From contig OX597815.1 of assembly GCA_951406725.2 (NCBI GenBank), forward strand, positions 94,240,001 to 94,304,000: 64,000 bases of DNA. The letters run 5' to 3'. Shown here piece after piece: positions 58,261 through 64,000 of this stretch. Below the pieces are notes generated by a model that saw only the letters and a list, made by a program, of their open reading frames with translations, was not told the origin of the DNA and did not search any database. The number at the start of each line of letters is the position of its first letter. Within the stretch, counting starts at the first letter, position 1. The DNA comes from Octopus vulgaris. Its lineage: Eukaryota. A program made the position numbers and the translations under genes.

Positions 58261-58995
58261 CAAAATAGTTAATTGTAAAATCTCAAGAAGAGATTAGAGT
58301 AGTAACTATACTAACAAGGCAAGTCAATTGCCACATCAAAGTGGCTGTTCCATATTATTACTAGTTTGACCCCAGGCAGATCTTCTACTAGCTGGTTATC
58401 GGTGCACCGCTGCCCCATATATATTACTAGCTGGAGAAGCGAACCCTTACCATCATCTAGCAGACTTTAGGATTGCGAGACTAACTCACTTTCGAGCTGG
58501 TTTGGCTCATCCTCAGTCGTGAGTACCTGATCGCCAGAGCGATAGCCAGTGTCTGCTCTAGCCAGCAGTATATTATAAACAAAGCAACCATCAGTGACTA
58601 ATTTGCAACAAGCAAAATAGCGGGTACATAGTCGCCAATGCGATAACCAGCTGGCGAAAGATCTGCCAGAGGTTAAACTAGTAGTAACATAGAACAACCA
58701 CTTTGAGGTGGTGATTAACTTTACTTGTTGGTATAATTACTCATCTGATCTCTTCGTGAGATTTTACGACTAGCTATTCTGCTTGATGCATTCTGTTATC
58801 ATGCGAGAAACGAAAATCCGATGAGCGCGCAATACATGTCTGCATTTTAAGCGCAACAGCGGGGAACTAACGCGCAAATCGGCGGGAAAATATTTACGTA
58901 TGCGCAGGAAGAGTAGCGTCACCTCCCTCTAAAAGGATCTTGCCTACGCAGAATTAGTTTTGACAGTGAAAAATAAAGCCGGATACTTTTTGAAC
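58258..58995 (-). mobile_element. Mariner-derived non-autonomous element with internal inverted repeat
   Basis: TIR-like GTGTGTTCAAAAAGTATCCGG, mirrored at 61098. N-terminal ITERIEQ in the 61.3-kb copy. 58258-58415 is inverted at 58625-58785. Confidence 0.5.
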
Positions 58996-59597
58996 ACACA
59001 CACACACACATACGCACATATGCATACACACACAAACACACACAAACACACACATACACACACACACATATGGAACGGTATTGATATGCATGATTATGTG
59101 GTGTATGATACGCTGTGTCTCATGAAGGCAGCAATTACATGAAAGCGTAGACGTTTGTGAAGGAAAATGAATGACTTGTTCAAGTTTCAAACTGAGATAT
59201 AAACAATGTAAGCATTACACGCTAGTCTGAATGTATCAAAGCTACTGAGTTGCACTTGTGCTTAAGAATTAAACTAATTTAACACCCAAGAATAAATTCA
59301 TATTTACATGCCTTGTGTTATATATTAAATTTCCACTATTTATCACATCTAAATCATTGGATCTTATGTTCTGGACGATAACTTATATCAGAGCAACGTA
59401 AGTGAGACAGCATTCTGGGTTCTTGTGGTACATATGGTTGTCATCAGCTTCCGATGAGAACAACCTAATGGTGCTCACAATCCTTTCATTGCTGCACTTA
59501 CATGTGTTTGCTCCACAGACATACGAGCACGCACACGTATATATATCTATATACTTATAATACATGCATACACACACACACACACACACACACATAC

Positions 59598-59688
<91 letters not shown>

Positions 59689-59841
59689 GTTAATCCAAGC
59701 ATCAACAAACAGAAAACACAACAACGCAAGGACGTGGAACAAGTATAGTGTTATTGGACGCTCAGGAAAGGAAGAGTCTCACTCTCTTTGTTCATGTTTG
59801 GATTAACTATATATACCGCACGCTCACACGGACATACATGC

Positions 59842-59922
<81 letters not shown>

Positions 59923-59979
59923 AATCTATCTATCTGGATACATATGAATACATGCATACATATACACATCCATACGTGC

Positions 59980-60048
<69 letters not shown>

Positions 60049-60143
60049 ATCCAAACAAGAAAGCACAGAAAAAAAAACACAGCAACGCGAGGACGTGGAA
60101 CAATTAAAGTATTATTTGACGCTCAGGAAAGAAGGGAAGGAGG

Positions 60144-60178
60144 GTTTAACGTTTCGAGCGGAGCTCTTCGTCGGAAAC
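60144..60178 (-). ncRNA. Hammerhead-like motif (U4C)
   Basis: GUUU-CCGACGA-A-GAGC-UCC-GCUC-GAA-ACGU-U/AAAC. Confidence 0.4.
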
Positions 60179-60337
60179 AAAGGAGAAGAAAAGATCCCGA
60201 GAAGGGAAGACAGAGGAAAAAAAAAATTTTTGCTGGTGGTGCTCAAGAGATCACATGTTGATATATACCAGAGTAAGCACATAAATGCGAAATGAGGTGG
60301 AAAAGTAGTACTCGAATACCAGAGGTAGAGTAACGTA

Positions 60338-60572
60338 GTTTATTAAAAAGCAGCAAAAAATCACAAAAACTGTTACTCAGAGTTTCACGTTTCTGTTCGT
60401 CGGACACTTTTGTTTAGAATGGAACAAAAATAAGGTTATAAGCAAAAAAAAAAAAAAAGGAAAACACAGAAAAACATTATTTCGTTCCATTCTAAACAAA
60501 ACTGTCCGACGAACGGGAACGTGAAACTCTGAGTAACAGTTTTTGCAATATTTTGGTGCTTTTTAATAAAGT
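60338..60572. repeat. Inverted pair of HHR-bearing ~100-bp units
   Basis: 60338-60437 is the reverse complement of 60473-60572, with an A-rich spacer. Confidence 0.85.
60498..60543 (+). ncRNA. Hammerhead-like motif (U4C), mirrored on - at 60366-60411
   Basis: AAAACUGU-CCGACGA-ACG-GGAA-CGU-GAA-ACUCUGAGU-A/ACAGUUUU: 8-bp stem I, GNRA-capped stem II, quasi-palindromic stem III, GUA site. Confidence 0.6.
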
Positions 60573-61567
60573 ATACACACATACACACGCAGACACACAT
60601 ATGTATATATACATATATATTACGTATAGGTGCAAACGTGGCTGTGTGGTAGGAAGTTTGCTTCCCAACCACATGGTTTCGGGTTCAGTCTCACTCGTTG
60701 CTCTGATATAAGTTATCGTCCAGAACATAAGGTCCAAGGATTCAGATGTGATAAATAGTGGAAATTTAATATATAACACAAGGCATGTAAATATGAATTT
60801 ATTCTTGGGTGTTAAATTAGTTTAATTCTTAAGCACAAGTGCAACTCAGTAGCTTTGGTACAATCAGACTAGCGTGTAATGCTTACATTGTTTATATCTC
60901 AGTTTGAAACTTGAACAAGTCATTCATTGTTCTTCACAAACGTATACGCTTTCATGTAATTGCTGCCTTCATGAGACGCAGCATATCATACACCACATAT
61001 GCATGCATATCAATACCGTTCCATATGTGTGTGTTTGTGTATGTATATGTGCGTGTGTGTTTATGTGTGTGTGTGTGTGTGCGCGCGTGTGGGTCTATGT
61101 TCAAAAAGTATCCGGCTTTATTTTTCACTGTCAAAACTAATGCTGCGTAGGCAAGATCCTTTTAGTGGGAGGTAACACCACTTTTCCTGCACATACGTAA
61201 ATATTTTCGCGCCGATTTGTGCGTCAGTTCCCGACTGTTACGCTTAAAGTGCAGACATGTCTTGCGCGCTCATCGGATTTTTATTTCTCGATTGATAACA
61301 GAACGCATTGAGCAGAATAGCTAGTCGTAAAATCTTAAGAAGAGATCAGATTAGTAAGTATGCCAACAAGTAAAGTTAATCGCCGCCTCAAAGTGGCTGT
61401 TCCATGTCACTACTAGTTTAACCTCTGGCAGATCCTTCTTATATGCTTATATATAAACACATACAAAATACGATTCAATACATGCGTGCGTTTCAAATGA
61501 CAATACAAATATGTAAGAAAACAATTATAACCATTGTAATTATAATTAATTTATGCATTGTTATTTT

Positions 61568-62500
61568 CATTAGTGTAAAGAATTTTTGTAAGGACATCAA
61601 AAAAAGGTTTAATAAAATAAAGTAAATTAAAATAAGATACAATAAAGGAGAATACAAGTGAGGTAATAGGGAAAAATCGAATATTTGCAAGCAAGTTTTG
61701 AAAGGGGAAACAATAACAGTAATAATAATAGTAAGAGAGACAAAAGGGAAAAAAGACAGACATATCAATGTGTAAGCACATCTATATGTGCGGTAAGCTA
61801 TAATATAAAAATAAGAATAAAAAGCTAACGGGTATGTTTTAAAAAATGGTAACAGGTCGAGACAAAGTATAATATACAGGGCCACGTATGTATAGTAAAA
61901 CATAACGTAACAGGTGGACTAGTAGAATAAAACATAGAGATATACATATACATATTAATATTGAAAAACGAAAAAATATATGTATATATATATATATTAC
62001 ACGAGGCACGACTATGTTTGAAAGAAGTTACAATATTAATGTAAAATGTACATACATGCAGAGAAAAAAAACCCAAAGAGGACTTAACAAGGAAAAAACA
62101 TCGATCAGACAAGACTGGTCGGTGTAATTCAAGATAGTTACCTTATTCAAAATTTAGCCAGGGGTAAGGGAGACAATCTGATAAAAGTAGGAACAAAAAA
62201 CGAATGTATGAAGTAGAAAAATGCTATAAAATTACAAGTGATAAAAATGACATATATACTTAACACATAAGGATATACAATCATTTAGTTATAATTATCA
62301 GTGTGAGGAATTTTTGTAAGGACATCAAAAAAGGTTTAATAAAATAAAGTAAATTAAAATAAGATACAATAAGGTAGAATACTTATTCTATTGTATTTTT
62401 TCCCTTTCGTCTCTCTTACTATTATTACTGTTATTTTTTCCCTTTTTAAAACTTGCTTGCAAATATCAAATTTTTCCCTTATTACCCCATTTGCATTCTC
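61568..62500. repeat. Direct repeat (~85 bp) plus adjacent inverted copy (~110 bp)
   Basis: 61572-61655 is repeated at 62300-62382; 62395-62500 is the reverse complement of ~61645-61755. Confidence 0.8.
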
Positions 62501-62590
62501 CCTTGGGCAAGCGTCTCCTACTATAGCCTCGGGCCGACCAAAGCCTTGTGAGTGGATTTGGTAGACGGAAACTGAAGGAAGCCCGTCGTA

Positions 62591-62656
<66 letters not shown>

Positions 62657-62880
62657 TGTGTGTGTGTATATGTTTGTGTATGGTGTTTGTTCCCCCAACA
62701 TTGCTTGACAACCGATGCTGGTGTGTTTACGTCCTCGTAACTTAGCGGTTCGGCAAAAGAGCCCGATAGAATAAGTACTAGGCTTACAAAGAATAAGTCC
62801 TGGGGTCGATTTGCTCGACTAAAGGCGGTGCTCTAGCATGGCCACAGTCAAATGACTGAAACAAGTAAAAGTGTAAAAGA

Positions 62881-62882
<2 letters not shown>
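62501..62882 (+). mobile_element. SINE family A (young-looking, 5'-truncated)
   Basis: CCTTGGGCAAG..TATAGCCTCGGGCCGACCAAAGCCTTGTGAGTGGATTTGGTAGACGGAAACTGAA...GACTGAAACAAGTAAAAG. Confidence 0.9.
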
Positions 62883-62933
<51 letters not shown>

Positions 62934-63331
62934 AGGTGCAATCGAGGCTGTGTGGTAGGAAGCTTGTTTCTCAACCACACGGTTCCGGGTTCAGTCCCAC
63001 CCCGTGGCACTTTGGGTATGTCCTCTGTTTCAGCCTCTGGCCGACCAAAGTTGTGTGAGTGGTAACTGAAAGAAGCCCGACGTATGTATATACATATACA
63101 TACATACACACACACATGTATGTGCGTCTTTGTGCTTGTGTTTGTTCTGCAAGGTACTTGACAGCCGGTCTTGGTGTGTTTACGTCCCCGTAACTTAACG
63201 GTTGGGCAAAAGGGACGGCTAGAATAAGTACCAGTCTTAAAAAGGAAATAAGTTCTAAAATGACTCAAGGTGTTGCCTCAGCATGGCCGCAGTCTAATGA
63301 CTGAAAACAAGTCAACGATAAAAGATAAAAG

Positions 63332-63332
<1 letters not shown>
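62934..63332 (+). mobile_element. SINE family A, full length, diverged
   Basis: Head GGCTGTGTGGTAGGAAGC..GGTTCCGGGTTCAGTCCCAC. Confidence 0.85.
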
Positions 63333-63411
<79 letters not shown>

Positions 63412-63454
63412 GTCTATCTGTCTATCTATCTATCAATCTATCTATCTATCTATC

Positions 63455-63493
<39 letters not shown>

Positions 63494-63494
63494 A

Positions 63495-63529
<35 letters not shown>

Positions 63530-63759
63530 ATTTAAAAAGTGTCCTGGAAGTCATAACATACTAACAAATAATTTGGATTCAGTATTTTCGCACAACGCTT
63601 CTATATTCTACCCGGGTTGAAAACAACCATCAGGTCACAAGACACGTAGGTGGACAGAGGTGGAAGTAGGTTATATAAGAGACAAAGAAAACGTAAACTT
63701 TATTCTCTTAATTAACTTTATGTCACCCTATATTCCAGTATATAATCTTCCTTACGTAT

Positions 63760-63950
63760 AATACAGACATTCAGGGTAACGGAATGACACCAAACAATGG
63801 ACAAGAAGACCATGAAGCCGACCAAAGACAAGATGGCGAAATGATCTCACCCACTACCTAGGGCCTACATGGCCACGACTGGTCAGAAAAACAGCGATGG
63901 AAGGAGTCCAGGGTGGGATTCCTCCTTAAGGAGCGATGAAGCCCTGGATA
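63760..63950 (+). mobile_element. RTE-like LINE 3' end fragment
   Basis: QWTRRP*SRPKTRWRNDLTHYLGPTWPRL..RWKE. Confidence 0.6.
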
Positions 63951-64000
63951 TTCGATACAAACACACACACACACACATGTATGTGTGCCTATATATATGT

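Larger units (their letters stand above)
58658..61435. repeat. Large inverted duplication (~750-bp arms: 58658-59408 and 60688-61435)
   Basis: The arms align as reverse complements throughout; ORFs 58954..59190(-) and 60904..61140(+) are near-identical translations. Confidence 0.9.

Overview
AT-rich, microsatellite-saturated eukaryotic DNA. The SINE and repeat repertoire points to a cephalopod, most likely Octopus (my inference, not database-verified). No complete protein-coding gene is present, and almost all listed ORFs are translations of (TA)n, (CA)n, (CATA)n, (CTAT)n or trinucleotide tracts. The window is intronic or intergenic and full of decayed mobile elements: tRNA-derived SINEs, Penelope-like (GIY-YIG) elements, R4/Dong-type RLE and RTE LINEs, Tc1/mariner, MULE, Gypsy integrase, Helitrons and MITEs. 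The main unexplained signal is a set of minimal type-I hammerhead ribozyme (HHR) motifs in short non-coding units inserted in (TA)n tracts, many with non-canonical cores (U3:A8 swap, U4C). The best case is a highly structured 361-nt unit at 28.45-29.60 kb, arranged as tandem plus inverted copies, which resembles a retrozyme or circular-RNA module. An HHR with the same UUGAAAA core lies just downstream of a Penelope endonuclease ORF at 39.9 kb. A 24-nt candidate microexon at 13412-13435 may belong to a host gene. All folds and alignments were done by eye.
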